Origin: Nitrosopumilaceae archaeon
GTDB taxonomy: Archaea; Thermoproteota; Nitrososphaeria; Nitrososphaerales; Nitrosopumilaceae
Direction: 5' to 3'
NCBI GenBank assembly: GCA_965208905.1
Contig: OZ242365.1
Location: 1,728,001-1,792,000 of the forward strand
DNA: 64,000 nucleotides
Position 1 is the stretch's first letter. The number at the start of each line of letters is the position of its first letter. Shown here piece after piece: positions 1-9,571 of the stretch. Position numbers and translations under genes: made by a program. Under the pieces are notes generated by a model. It did no database searches. It saw only the letters and a list, made by a program, of their open reading frames with translations, and was not told the origin of the DNA.

Positions 1-737
1 GCAGAAAGAGGCCCACGTACGGCACACGGCGCATGGCGGCCCAGATAACGCGCGATACGGGAATTGTGGTGAACCGCAAGCAGATACAGCGGATATATCG
101 CAAAATGGGCTACATCCAGCCACAAAATACCAAAAACGACATCATTCGAGCGGGTCAAAAGCTCTTCAAACCCAAAGCCCCACACCAGTTGTGGGAGACG
201 GACATCACATACATCTGGTGCGGTATAGACGGCTGGTGCTACTGCTTCAACGTAATTGACTGCTTTACGCGCAAGTGGATCGCCTACGCGTTTGATGTCA
301 ATGCCACACGAGACATTGCAATCACCTCAATCACCAACGCGGTTGCCGCAGAGAAACCTGACTGCTCACAATTACGATTGCGTACGGACAACGGCAACCA
401 GTATACGAGCCGCGACTTTAGACATGCGGTTCAGGCCCTTGGCATCGGCAAACATGAATTCATCTACAAGAATACGCCGGAGCAGAACGGACATGTCGAA
501 TCATTTCACAAGACGCTGAAAAAGGAATACATCTGGCCGCACGAGTTTGCGAACTATCAGGAGGCAGAGACGATCATTGCAAAGGCCTTTGTAGATTACA
601 ACACCGAGAGGATTCATTCCTCTATCGGATACATGACACCAGTAGAATTTGCCGAACAGTTGGAGATGACAAATAAATGATGGAAGATGTATGTAAAATC
701 ATGCCGAAAACAGTAACATTCTATGGGGTCCACTCCA
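1..737 (+). mobile_element. IS3-family insertion sequence, right part (runs off the window start)
   Basis: rve/DDE OrfB; end sequence CATTCTATGGGGTCCACTCCA at 717-737 is the reverse complement of the end at 60650; protein identical to the 60707-61741 copy over the shared part. Confidence 0.92.
33..680 (+). CDS. IS3-family transposase OrfB (5'-partial)
   Basis: WETDITY, TDNGNQY, EQNGHVESFHKTLKKE, YNTERIHSSIGYMTP integrase-core motifs. Confidence 0.93.
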   Translation: MAAQITRDTGIVVNRKQIQRIYRKMGYIQPQNTKNDIIRAGQKLFKPKAPHQLWETDITYIWCGIDGWCYCFNVIDCFTRKWIAYAFDVNATRDIAITSITNAVAAEKPDCSQLRLRTDNGNQYTSRDFRHAVQALGIGKHEFIYKNTPEQNGHVESFHKTLKKEYIWPHEFANYQEAETIIAKAFVDYNTERIHSSIGYMTPVEFAEQLEMTNK

Positions 738-789
738 TGAGAAGTCACAAATCATAGAGTTTTTTTAGCGGGAATTTTATACAACCGAT

Positions 790-1290
790 GTGCGACCATC
801 CATACCGGTGGGAAAGAGATTCTTGCCAGATGTAACAATACAACAACTGGAAAGTCTGCAAAACAGGTCTGAGAAATACAAGCGACATTATACTGCAGCC
901 ATCAGACGAAAAGAAGGGCTGTCAATACGGGAGATAGCCGATGATGCCAATGTGAGTGTTAGCACTGTATCGATGTGGTTGCGAAACATGATGACGCGCG
1001 GCATTGGTGAGGATTATGAGGTCAAACTGGGTAGGCCACCAAAGTTTACGCCGGAACAACTGAATCAGTTGAGTGTCGACATGAGAGAATCCCCTGTACG
1101 GTATGGTCTGGATTCTGCCAGTTGGACATCTCCTGTCGTGGCACAGTATGCCCTTCAAAAGTTTAATGTTGAAATTACACCAGGTTCAATGCGTCGCATT
1201 CTGGTACGTAAACACATAGACTGGCCCGGTTCAGCAGAAGCGATGGGGGCACGGGAAAATGCCCTCAAACCAAATAAAAAAGAAAGATGA
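790..1290 (+). CDS. Winged helix-turn-helix protein, like the N-terminus of IS630 transposases (no DDE domain)
   Basis: LSIREIADDANVSVSTVSMW HTH, GRPPKFT, WTSPVVAQY. Confidence 0.7.
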   Translation: MRPSIPVGKRFLPDVTIQQLESLQNRSEKYKRHYTAAIRRKEGLSIREIADDANVSVSTVSMWLRNMMTRGIGEDYEVKLGRPPKFTPEQLNQLSVDMRESPVRYGLDSASWTSPVVAQYALQKFNVEITPGSMRRILVRKHIDWPGSAEAMGARENALKPNKKER

Positions 1291-2094
1291 TTAGCGTTGT
1301 GTGACACGTGTAGAGCGTGGGTCTGATATGGTGCTCGTGCTGCCGTCGGTGCCCGTCACGGTGATGTATAGTTCGGACGAGGCCGGAACTGTCCGCAGTA
1401 TGTCAAGGACGTCTGGGTTGGAACCGGATGAGATGCCAGTGACAACAATCCGGAATGATTTGGACGAGCCTGCGGTCAAGGTAACCAAGCTATTCTCATC
1501 AATACTCAGCCCTGTAATGGATATCGTGGCGCCGCCGACAGTGCCAACTAGAAAGTGGTAGGTATCGGTATTTGGTTCAGTCGCTGTATCAGTCGCAGGC
1601 GTACCTGCAACGGCTACTGCAGTCCAATCCAGATCGTTCGTGGTCGCAGTAGGCGCGGCAACGGCCGAATCAAGATCTAGAGCAGTCGGACTAAAGTCCG
1701 TTCCGTCGCCCTCCAAACCGGACAGGGTAAGCGTACCGTGCCCGGCGGCAATCGCGCCGTCCTCTATGTTGGCGAGCTGGGCAATGACCAGATCGCCGAC
1801 CGTAATCTCATCTATCGTAACAGATTCCATTATACCACTACCTAGATTCTTTATGTTGCCCGATATCACCAGACGGTTATCATTAGTATATGCGCTTACA
1901 GTCTCAATGACCAGCCTGTCCGTGCCGGTCAGAGAGCCGATATTATCGAATACTCCTCCCATGGCAGCGAACGTCATGGATGCCCCAATGCCGATTAGAA
2001 TCAGTGTTACTATCAGGCCTGATATGGCCGGGCGTCGCAGGTGTTTTTGATTGGCGCCGGCAGGGCCGCGCCAATGTTCTTGTATTTCTGTCAT
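1291..2094 (-). CDS. Archaeal type IV pilin-like protein with class III signal peptide
   Basis: RRPA|ISGLIVTLILIGIG: basic residues followed by a hydrophobic helix; Thr/Ala/Asp-rich body. Confidence 0.75.
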   Translation of the reverse strand: MTEIQEHWRGPAGANQKHLRRPAISGLIVTLILIGIGASMTFAAMGGVFDNIGSLTGTDRLVIETVSAYTNDNRLVISGNIKNLGSGIMESVTIDEITVGDLVIAQLANIEDGAIAAGHGTLTLSGLEGDGTDFSPTALDLDSAVAAPTATTNDLDWTAVAVAGTPATDTATEPNTDTYHFLVGTVGGATISITGLSIDENSLVTLTAGSSKSFRIVVTGISSGSNPDVLDILRTVPASSELYITVTGTDGSTSTISDPRSTRVTQR

Positions 2095-2255
2095 TGCTAC
2101 CTAGCATATATGGGGGGCGTTAAAGGGTTACAGCGGTGGGGTGAGCCCCAGGACCAGTTGATGGCGTACGATACATTGTGGCTATTCCTGAGGGAGTGTA
2201 ACTGCTCCCCAGCGGCGTGATTACAACATAAATAATAGTTCTGCGTAGTTATATT

Positions 2256-2372
2256 ATGGGAATTACACAAGAAGACTACGACCGCATACAGGCGAAGTTT
2301 GACAAATTGTATGAACATGTAGATGCCGCGCGTGCACATATCGCCAGGGCCAACGAACTACTCTCCAAGTAA
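2256..2372 (+). CDS. 38-aa coiled-coil micro-protein (MGITQEDYDRIQAKF...), not in the ORF track
   Basis: Translated by hand; same-length homologues at 41574-41690 and 50502-50618. Confidence 0.65.
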   Translation: MGITQEDYDRIQAKFDKLYEHVDAARAHIARANELLSK

Positions 2373-2588
2373 CGCATCAATGTCTTTTTGAATATCGGCC
2401 TCCACTTCCTGCGCCAATTCCAGTTCCTCTACTGCTTCTCTTCGGGCAATATTGGCTGCAATAAATTCACCAAGCTTCTCTGCACAACTGTCATCCAATT
2501 CCTCACAGTTTGCCTCGGCTTCACGAACTATCCTGCGCGCGTCCTCCAACTGCGCATACAGCCGCTCAAGCAACTCTCTGTCTGCCAT
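2358..2588 (-). CDS. 76-aa acidic coiled-coil protein
   Basis: Paralogues at 41679-41909 and 50604-50834. Confidence 0.7.
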   Translation of the reverse strand: MADRELLERLYAQLEDARRIVREAEANCEELDDSCAEKLGEFIAANIARREAVEELELAQEVEADIQKDIDALLGE

Positions 2589-2827
2589 ATTACCATATCA
2601 TGTGAGAGACGTTTAAAGGTTAAACACGTGAACTGTCACAAAATTGCGTGTAGGGCTTGATGGTGGAAACACCAACGATACGTTAGAGTGGTTTGATTAT
2701 GCAGAAACTCTAAGACTGATTATTACGGCGGCAGCACGGAATCATGCAGCCATGCGCGGAAAGTCCTGAAAGGCGAATGACAAACTCCGTCTTTTCCCTT
2801 TTATGCCGCCGCTACACTACACGTATA

Positions 2828-3448
2828 ATGATACCCCGTGCCATTCTCATTGAAGGCCACAAATACCGCACGCCCGGCGGCAACATATATCCCTCTGTAA
2901 CGACCATACTATCCAAGACCAGGAATACTGAGAGCATACGGCAGTGGCGTGATGATATAGGGCATTCGGTCGCCGACTACATCCTACAGCAAGCCGGTAT
3001 AATAGGTACGGAGACGCACCAGCTAAATGAAGATTATCTGTGTGGCAGGCCACAATACACATCAAAACTACTTGCACGGGCGCACCATGAGAATTTCAAA
3101 CCATACTTGAACAAAATAACCAACATCCTTGGCACCGAACTGCCCCTGTATTCAGACATGCTTGGTGTCGCGGGGACCGCAGACTGTATTGCCGCATACG
3201 ATGGTACGCTCAGTATAATCGACTACAAGACCAAACGTACCGCCCAGCAACCTGACTGGATTACCGACTATTACATACAGACTACTGCGTATGGTATAAT
3301 GCTTGAGGAGTTGGCCGGAATAACCATACGGCAGGGAGTCATTCTGGTATCTTCCGAGCAGGACACCATACAGGAGTTCATACTGGACGTGACACCATAC
3401 CGCGTACAATTCCTTGCGCGCCTTGAGCAATACAACAGAAACCTATGA
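2828..3448 (+). CDS. PD-(D/E)XK exonuclease (phage/MGME1-like)
   Basis: YPSVTTIL, GTETH, AGTADCIA, IIDYKT, YYIQTTAY; start chosen from upstream TATA-like box. Confidence 0.85.
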   Translation: MIPRAILIEGHKYRTPGGNIYPSVTTILSKTRNTESIRQWRDDIGHSVADYILQQAGIIGTETHQLNEDYLCGRPQYTSKLLARAHHENFKPYLNKITNILGTELPLYSDMLGVAGTADCIAAYDGTLSIIDYKTKRTAQQPDWITDYYIQTTAYGIMLEELAGITIRQGVILVSSEQDTIQEFILDVTPYRVQFLARLEQYNRNL

Positions 3449-3694
3449 CTGGGCAGCGCGGGCACGCGCCTCACTAACTAATACGAATAGACCATAACCC
3501 GATACTGCGGCAGCAACAAGCAATATTATGCCGAGAATCGAAACCGGTACAACCCACTCATCACATACAGTTTCGAAAACACACGCCTCACCGAAGGTGA
3601 AAAATATAAACCCCATAAGGACAGTTGCGGTTCCACAAACACATGCAAACCCAACGGCAAGCACATACTTCACTAACTTATTACTAACCATCAT
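3443..3694 (-). CDS. Small membrane protein
   Basis: Two hydrophobic segments; N-terminus resembles 3691-4080. Confidence 0.55.
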   Translation of the reverse strand: MMVSNKLVKYVLAVGFACVCGTATVLMGFIFFTFGEACVFETVCDEWVVPVSILGIILLVAAAVSGYGLFVLVSEARARAAQS

Positions 3695-4080
3695 TTTAAT
3701 TTCCCCTTTGTTATCTTAAGCATCTGTGTATTACTGAATAATGTGTATGCACCCAAACCCAATGCGAGTAAAGAGACAAGCAATACCATACCTAGAATCA
3801 GCATTGGTGCGTACCACTCCTCACCTACAAAGAATAAAAGTACGGCGATGATACCCACGCCTATACCACCACACATCAACCCACTCCAACCATACATCAT
3901 GGTAGCAAAGAGTGAAAACATACCAATAATCAACAATGGAAATGCGCATAAAGCCCCATCGATTTCACATGCAACGACAAGCTCACTAACAACAAACGCC
4001 AAAAAAACAGTTGTGGTTACACACGCACATACTAACCCAGTGAAAAAGACATACGACAGAAATTGTCTACTAACCCTCAT
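3691..4080 (-). CDS. Small multi-pass membrane protein
   Basis: Hydrophobic; overlaps the RNR stop and next ORF start by 4 bp. Confidence 0.6.
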   Translation of the reverse strand: MRVSRQFLSYVFFTGLVCACVTTTVFLAFVVSELVVACEIDGALCAFPLLIIGMFSLFATMMYGWSGLMCGGIGVGIIAVLLFFVGEEWYAPMLILGMVLLVSLLALGLGAYTLFSNTQMLKITKGKLK

Positions 4081-6806
4081 GCCAAATACCGTCCCACCGC
4101 ATCCGAAGGCACCGGGTCATACTGCACATTACTGCTCTCCAAAACCTGCACATCCCTGGACGTATCCCTATACACCGTGATGCCCCTACACCCAAGCGAG
4201 TGTGCTAATACATACGCATTACGCACGTCCTGTATGGTACAGTTGGCAGCCATGTTTATCGTCTTTGATATGCTGTTGCCCATCCATCGCTGCCATGCAG
4301 CTTGTGCAAATACATGATCCGTCCAGTGTATCTGTCGCGCCGTACAATACACATCAGCATCAGGTATCATATCCTGTATCATAACCCCGCCGTTTGCCGC
4401 CACCTGTTGTATAATATCTGGGTGTTTCAGCGACAATACGGGACACCCGTAATGGAATGTGCCGACCGATACGGTCTTTGTGTATGCTAGTGAGAACACA
4501 GGTTCTATGCCGGAACTGCACCCGGCAATCATCGATATCGTACCAGTGGGGGCTATTGTAGTCGTCAATACGTTTCGTATACCGTGTCGTGTAATGTCCT
4601 GCTTTAGCACATCCCAATCCAGTGTGGCGCGATACTCCCACTCATGATATGGATAATCATCACCGGCAAACGGCAATTTTCCATCCACATATGCGGACTG
4701 CCCAAACAACGGGAATGGTCCGTGCGTTTTGGCCAATTGTACGGATTCGGCCATCGAATGATATGATATCCACTCGGCTATCCTGCCAAATATACGGTAT
4801 GCCCCGGCAGAATTATACGGTATACCAAGATGCATCAGCATGTCTGCAACACCCATCACGCCAAGTCCGATACGACGCGTCTCGTTGCTTGCCTTCTCTA
4901 TCTGTACGGTGGGGTGGCGCGTCATGTCTACAACACCGTCCAGCATCCTGGTGCATACACGTATGTCCTCGGCCAAATACTCCCAGTCCAAATCACCACC
5001 ATCAACATACATTGCCAGATTGATGGACCCAAGATTGCATGACTCGTTTGGGTATAGAGCCTGCTCACCACAATTCCCCGATAATATGTAGTCATCCTCA
5101 CCGCACTGCACAAAGTAGTTGTGCGTCTGGTGCACCAGACCGTTGTACACATCAGTCTTGCCGAGCCGTATAATACCCAGTACCGTATGATTCTTCCGGA
5201 ACAGTTTGCCAAACAGACCGCCCTTCTCCGTTTGTACACCGGGTGTTATACCCTCGGACGTCATAAAGCCCTCGGATCTCTTTTTCTCCTTTTTCTTCTT
5301 ACCCTTCCGAGCAACTAGATTCATCGGCAGTATCCCCGGTGTGGGATGACCAGTACCCTCCAGTTGTATCTCCTGTATCTCATTATGCTTGACGCTGACG
5401 CCCATGGTCTGCTCCCAGATGTCATCATCTTTGTATAGGCTGGCCACACTCATACCCGGTGTCAGGTTCTGCACCTCTATCTTCTCCAATTGTGCATCAC
5501 GTATGACGTATACGCTGTGTGTAGGCGTGCAGCGCAGCGCGGTACACTCACCGGTCTGTTCGGAACACAACACCAGACACACTACTTCTGTATTCTGCGC
5601 AGTAATGCCCGGATTCTCCATTATGCGGTATGATAATGAACCATCCTCCTCCCGTGTAACGACCTGTACCTGAGAGGGGCCCAGAGCCAGATCCCGAAAC
5701 GATACGGGTCCATCCTTTGTCAATACCTTCGTTTCGCCTCCCCAACACGGATTGGTGCTGCGCAGTGGCTCACCCCTGGCCTTCTGTAACACGTTGTGCT
5801 TGTTGATGTTATCGAAGAATATTACGCCCGGTTCCGCAGAACGGTGCGCAGATGCGGCAATCTGGTCAAGTATGTTGTTTGCATCACTCTCCCCATTCTG
5901 TATGTCGTCCCAGAACCGTACATCAGTCCCCACTGATATGTTAAAGTTTGTCAGAGCCTGCCCGTGTTTTGCCATGATGAATTTCATGATATCCTTGTGG
6001 TGTACATCAAGTATGCCCATATTGGCGGCGCGTCGCCGACCACCCTGCTTTATGATATCACTCACCCCATCAACAAATCTCATGAATGATATCGGCCCCG
6101 AGGCTGCGGATGCCGTACTTCCCACACGCGCACCTTCAGGCCGCAACGATGAGTAGTTTATGCCCACACCCCCACCTGACTGGAATATCAATGCGGTGTT
6201 TTTTACGGTGTCCATTATGCCGGGCAAATTATCAGGTATGTGAAGCACGAAACATGCAGAGAGCTGCCCCAGAGGAGTGCCCGCATTCATCAAGGCCGGC
6301 GAGTTCGGCATGAATCTCCTGTCCATCATTATGTTATGGTATTGTTGCACGGTCTCACTGAATGAATCCAAGTCGCCCTTCTTCTTCCACTGCTTTCCCC
6401 TGTACGGTATAGTATGGAATGGCGTAATCTTAAACCCATGTATCATATTGGGCGGCTCGATACCACCAAGTATGGGCATTGCCATACACACGGCGACACG
6501 CCCGAACATCTCATGCGGCGTCTCAGTTGGCTTGCCATCACCATCATGCAGAAAGTACCGCTGCTTTAGGACGTGTAGAGCGTTTGATGTAAACCCCGAC
6601 CTGTACGACTTGTATTTTATGGCCTGTGTGGGATATCCCCGCTGTATTAGTTGGTCGGTAACATAATCATGTATAGATACAGCAGAGTCCCGGGGGGCCG
6701 TGATGGCTATCTCTTCGGCCACCTCTATATCGCAGCCGGCCTGTTGCAGACTGTGTTGTAGTTTTTTGGCATCAAAGTCCTCGGTTGTTCCTGTACGTTT
6801 GAGCAT
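4077..6806 (-). CDS. nrdJ: Adenosylcobalamin-dependent (class II) ribonucleotide reductase with N-terminal ATP cone and intein
   Basis: FMPNSPALMNAG, LSACFVL, NP[intein]CGEQ, ESCNLGSINL, RRIGLGVMG, TIAPTGTIS, SSGIEP, SISKTIN, GITVYRD. Confidence 0.92.
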   Translation of the reverse strand: MLKRTGTTEDFDAKKLQHSLQQAGCDIEVAEEIAITAPRDSAVSIHDYVTDQLIQRGYPTQAIKYKSYRSGFTSNALHVLKQRYFLHDGDGKPTETPHEMFGRVAVCMAMPILGGIEPPNMIHGFKITPFHTIPYRGKQWKKKGDLDSFSETVQQYHNIMMDRRFMPNSPALMNAGTPLGQLSACFVLHIPDNLPGIMDTVKNTALIFQSGGGVGINYSSLRPEGARVGSTASAASGPISFMRFVDGVSDIIKQGGRRRAANMGILDVHHKDIMKFIMAKHGQALTNFNISVGTDVRFWDDIQNGESDANNILDQIAASAHRSAEPGVIFFDNINKHNVLQKARGEPLRSTNPCWGGETKVLTKDGPVSFRDLALGPSQVQVVTREEDGSLSYRIMENPGITAQNTEVVCLVLCSEQTGECTALRCTPTHSVYVIRDAQLEKIEVQNLTPGMSVASLYKDDDIWEQTMGVSVKHNEIQEIQLEGTGHPTPGILPMNLVARKGKKKKEKKRSEGFMTSEGITPGVQTEKGGLFGKLFRKNHTVLGIIRLGKTDVYNGLVHQTHNYFVQCGEDDYILSGNCGEQALYPNESCNLGSINLAMYVDGGDLDWEYLAEDIRVCTRMLDGVVDMTRHPTVQIEKASNETRRIGLGVMGVADMLMHLGIPYNSAGAYRIFGRIAEWISYHSMAESVQLAKTHGPFPLFGQSAYVDGKLPFAGDDYPYHEWEYRATLDWDVLKQDITRHGIRNVLTTTIAPTGTISMIAGCSSGIEPVFSLAYTKTVSVGTFHYGCPVLSLKHPDIIQQVAANGGVMIQDMIPDADVYCTARQIHWTDHVFAQAAWQRWMGNSISKTINMAANCTIQDVRNAYVLAHSLGCRGITVYRDTSRDVQVLESSNVQYDPVPSDAVGRYLA
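5073..5747 (-). other. Mini-intein (225 aa) in the RNR NPCGE active-site motif
   Basis: Starts CWGGETKVLT, block B CTPTH, ends DVYNGLV...ILSGN with Cys+1; no homing endonuclease motifs seen. Confidence 0.88.
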
Positions 6807-6900
6807 TGTCGCAAGGTACGCCGCATGATTCCATTTAAGGCGCTATATGGGTTATGGTATATCTTGGTGTTTTATGCTACCGACAGGCCGCGTGGTATAA

Positions 6901-7470
6901 TCAGTGAAGTAGGGAGCCCACCTTTTTTGGCTGTGTTACATATCTAAACAACGCGCCGGCAACCACTCCGGCCGCAACACCGCCAAGATGCGACACATAT
7001 GATACGCCCGGATCCCCAAAACCAATCATGCTTAGAACACCAAACAACGGCAGTACATTCAGTACCATCACGTAATATACGATGCTTCCTGCGCTGACGG
7101 TCCTATATACAATGGCGGCGCCGAACAGGCCTGATACTGCTGCGCTCGCCCCAATCAATGGAACATCAGTATACCACATATGCGCAACAGCCCCCACAAT
7201 ACCTGCCGTACAATACACAGGTATGATGTATAATCCTGCCTTCCCCTCCATACTGCGCCCAACAATCACCAGCATAAGCATATTGTACATCAGGTGTGCT
7301 ATACCTGCGTGACCGAACATGTATGTGATGATATTTGGAAAGAACTCATTATACGATACGGGCGTGCCGGCCAGCAATTGGTGTATTGTATGCAGGGCGT
7401 TCGGTGTGGTGTATACATAGGCGGCAAATATCAGTACGTTTAGTCCCAGCAGTGAGAGTGTGTATTTCAT
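6901..7470 (-). CDS. Rhomboid intramembrane serine protease
   Basis: FGHAGIAHLMYNM, GASAAVSG, SHLGG. Confidence 0.9.
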   Translation of the reverse strand: MKYTLSLLGLNVLIFAAYVYTTPNALHTIHQLLAGTPVSYNEFFPNIITYMFGHAGIAHLMYNMLMLVIVGRSMEGKAGLYIIPVYCTAGIVGAVAHMWYTDVPLIGASAAVSGLFGAAIVYRTVSAGSIVYYVMVLNVLPLFGVLSMIGFGDPGVSYVSHLGGVAAGVVAGALFRYVTQPKKVGSLLH

Positions 7471-7540
7471 GTTGATGTATTGTATTGATGGCATATAAGG
7501 AATGGATGGGATTCTATCCCAGATATTAAAAAACTAAATT

Positions 7541-7687
7541 TTAGGTTGGCTTTCCTAGTACTTCCAACGCATCACGCACAGCATCAACCCGCGCGCGCAG
7601 CGTATGGTATTTCTCCTCGGCCTTTTCCAACTGCTTCTCCAGGTTGACAAGCGTCTCCTGTAGTCCTCCTATGGTCTGCGGCTTCAT
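7541..7687 (-). CDS. 48-aa coiled-coil micro-protein (MKPQTIGGLQETL...), not in the ORF track
   Basis: Translated by hand; heptad pattern; CCCTTTAAC box about 25 nt upstream. Confidence 0.5.
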   Translation of the reverse strand: MKPQTIGGLQETLVNLEKQLEKAEEKYHTLRARVDAVRDALEVLGKPT

Positions 7688-7778
7688 TGTACAATATGTG
7701 CATCCGTGCCGTTAAAGGGTGTGATGATCACGCAACACACCAGTGATGTTGTTTGATGGCCCGTCATGACGAGAATTT

Positions 7779-7874
7779 TCACTCAAGCTCATCAAAAGCG
7801 AGATGGACGCGCTCCAGACGCTCATGCACTTCGTCAAGATCACCCTTCAGTCGTTCATACGTGGCATCATCCAT
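7779..7874 (-). CDS. 31-aa coiled-coil micro-ORF (MDDATYERLKGDLDEV...)
   Basis: Translated by hand; weakly resembles the 38-aa family. Confidence 0.35.
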   Translation of the reverse strand: MDDATYERLKGDLDEVHERLERVHLAFDELE

Positions 7875-7924
7875 GTTACACATTACACCATACGATAGAC
7901 GCCGACAATTGCACAGATCTCACA

Positions 7925-9571
7925 TCACCTGCATGTGGGTATGGCTCCCAGTTTGATGAGCTCTTGGGCCCGCGACTGGTTTTGGTGTATGGTGGCGCCG
8001 GTTAGGTCCGCGCCATTCAGGGTGGCGCCGGTCAGGTCAGCACCACACAAAACCGCATTGCGGAAGTCCGCACCCGTAAAGTTGATGTTGGCCAGTCCCG
8101 CCCCGCTCAGGTCCGCGCCACGCAGGTCCGCAAACGTCACGTCTGTGCCATTGAAGCGGACGGGGTATGATGTGATGGAAAGTTGTGGGGGCGTATCCGT
8201 TTGGGCGGAGCTTGTCAGGTCGATGTTTGTCAGGTTGGCGAGTAGCGGTATAATGTCTGAAAATGATAAAACGCCCGGATGGTTGCCTGAAAAGTCAACG
8301 CCTGAGAGATTTGCATTGCGCAGGTCTGCGCCCGACAGGTTTGTGTTGTGTATTAGTGCCCTCCAGAGGTTTGCATTGCTCAGGTTTGCATTGCTCAGAT
8401 CCGCACCGTCCAGATGTGACGTTAGACGGGCGCCCTCCAGATTCGCACCCCGCAGGTTTGCAGCAGACAGGTATGCATCGGTTAGGTTTGCAAACTTCAG
8501 GTTTGCGCCTTCCAGATTCGCATGCCACAGGCGTGCACTTGTCAGGCTCATGCCCTCCATGTTTGCGCCCCGCAGATCCGCACCCGCTAAAAATATCGAC
8601 AGTTCCACCTCCCGCAGATCCGTATCACGCAGATCCACCCCGCGCATGTTGGCGTGTGTCAGGTCCACCTCCCGCAGGTCTGTGTCCCGTAGATCTAAAT
8701 CCGAGAGAACTGCATGCGCCATGCTTGCCCCCCGCAGATCCGAAGAATCCAGAGTTGCCCCCCGCAGATCCGAAGAATCCAGAGTTGCCCCCCGCAGATC
8801 CGTTTTTGACACAAATGCTTCCCGCAGATCTGCTCCCTCTAAATTCACATCTTTCATGACCATCTCCCAAAATTGCACATCTGTCAGGTTAGCCCCCTTT
8901 AGGTTTGCCCCGGTCATGTATGCAACATCTGCATCCACTCTCACCAGATCCGCACCCTCCATATCCACACCTTCTAGGTTACTCTTGTATAGACGTGCTC
9001 CCGACAGGTCCGCCCCCCGCAGATCCGCATACTGCAAGTTTATATGTTTTAGATCCGCCCCCCGCAGACTCGCCCCCTGTAGGTTCACATATCGCAGATC
9101 AGTACTTCTGATGTCCATGTGACTCATGTCTGTACCGATGAGAATCGCACCCCGCAATTTTGTATCCGCCAGGTTGGCGCCCCGCAGATCCGCATCTGTC
9201 AGATCCGCGCCCTGTAGTGTGGCGCCTGTCAGGTTGGCGCCCCGCAGATCCGCATCTGTCAGATCCGCGCCCTGCAGTGTGGCGCCTGTCAGATCCGCGC
9301 CCTGTAGTGTGGCGCCTGTCAGGTTGGCGCCGCGCAGGTTGGCAAATGCCATGTTTGTGCCAGACATGTTTAAGTCCGTCCCGGTTGAGAGTATGGCATA
9401 CTGCAGGTCCGCTCCCCGCAGGTCCGCATAAGACAGGTCCGTCTCTGTCAGGTTGGCGCCGAATAGATCCGCACCCGCCAAATCCTCGGCAGCCATGGAG
9501 ACGGCAACAGTGCCCGTTGCAGCGGCGAACACGATTGCCAATAATACTGGAATATGTATATCATGCCTCAT
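7925..9571 (-). CDS. Secreted pentapeptide-repeat protein
   Basis: Signal peptide followed by many A(D/N)LxG repeats. Confidence 0.92.
   Translation of the reverse strand: MRHDIHIPVLLAIVFAAATGTVAVSMAAEDLAGADLFGANLTETDLSYADLRGADLQYAILSTGTDLNMSGTNMAFANLRGANLTGATLQGADLTGATLQGADLTDADLRGANLTGATLQGADLTDADLRGANLADTKLRGAILIGTDMSHMDIRSTDLRYVNLQGASLRGADLKHINLQYADLRGADLSGARLYKSNLEGVDMEGADLVRVDADVAYMTGANLKGANLTDVQFWEMVMKDVNLEGADLREAFVSKTDLRGATLDSSDLRGATLDSSDLRGASMAHAVLSDLDLRDTDLREVDLTHANMRGVDLRDTDLREVELSIFLAGADLRGANMEGMSLTSARLWHANLEGANLKFANLTDAYLSAANLRGANLEGARLTSHLDGADLSNANLSNANLWRALIHNTNLSGADLRNANLSGVDFSGNHPGVLSFSDIIPLLANLTNIDLTSSAQTDTPPQLSITSYPVRFNGTDVTFADLRGADLSGAGLANINFTGADFRNAVLCGADLTGATLNGADLTGATIHQNQSRAQELIKLGAIPTCR

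Larger units (their letters stand above)
836..2650. repeat. Long degenerate direct repeat, copy 1 (HTH gene, pilin gene, micro-ORF pair)
   Basis: Near-identical to 47181-48242 plus 50260-50897. Confidence 0.85.

Noticed and set aside
770-786. GGGAATTTTATACAA, resembling the IS1595-type TIR
   Set aside because: One mismatch, and no partner end or TSD found in the window
790-1290. Complete IS630 element
   Set aside because: HTH region only; no DDE domain or TIRs seen
2828-3448. Cas4
   Set aside because: PD-(D/E)XK core present but the Fe-S cysteine cluster is absent
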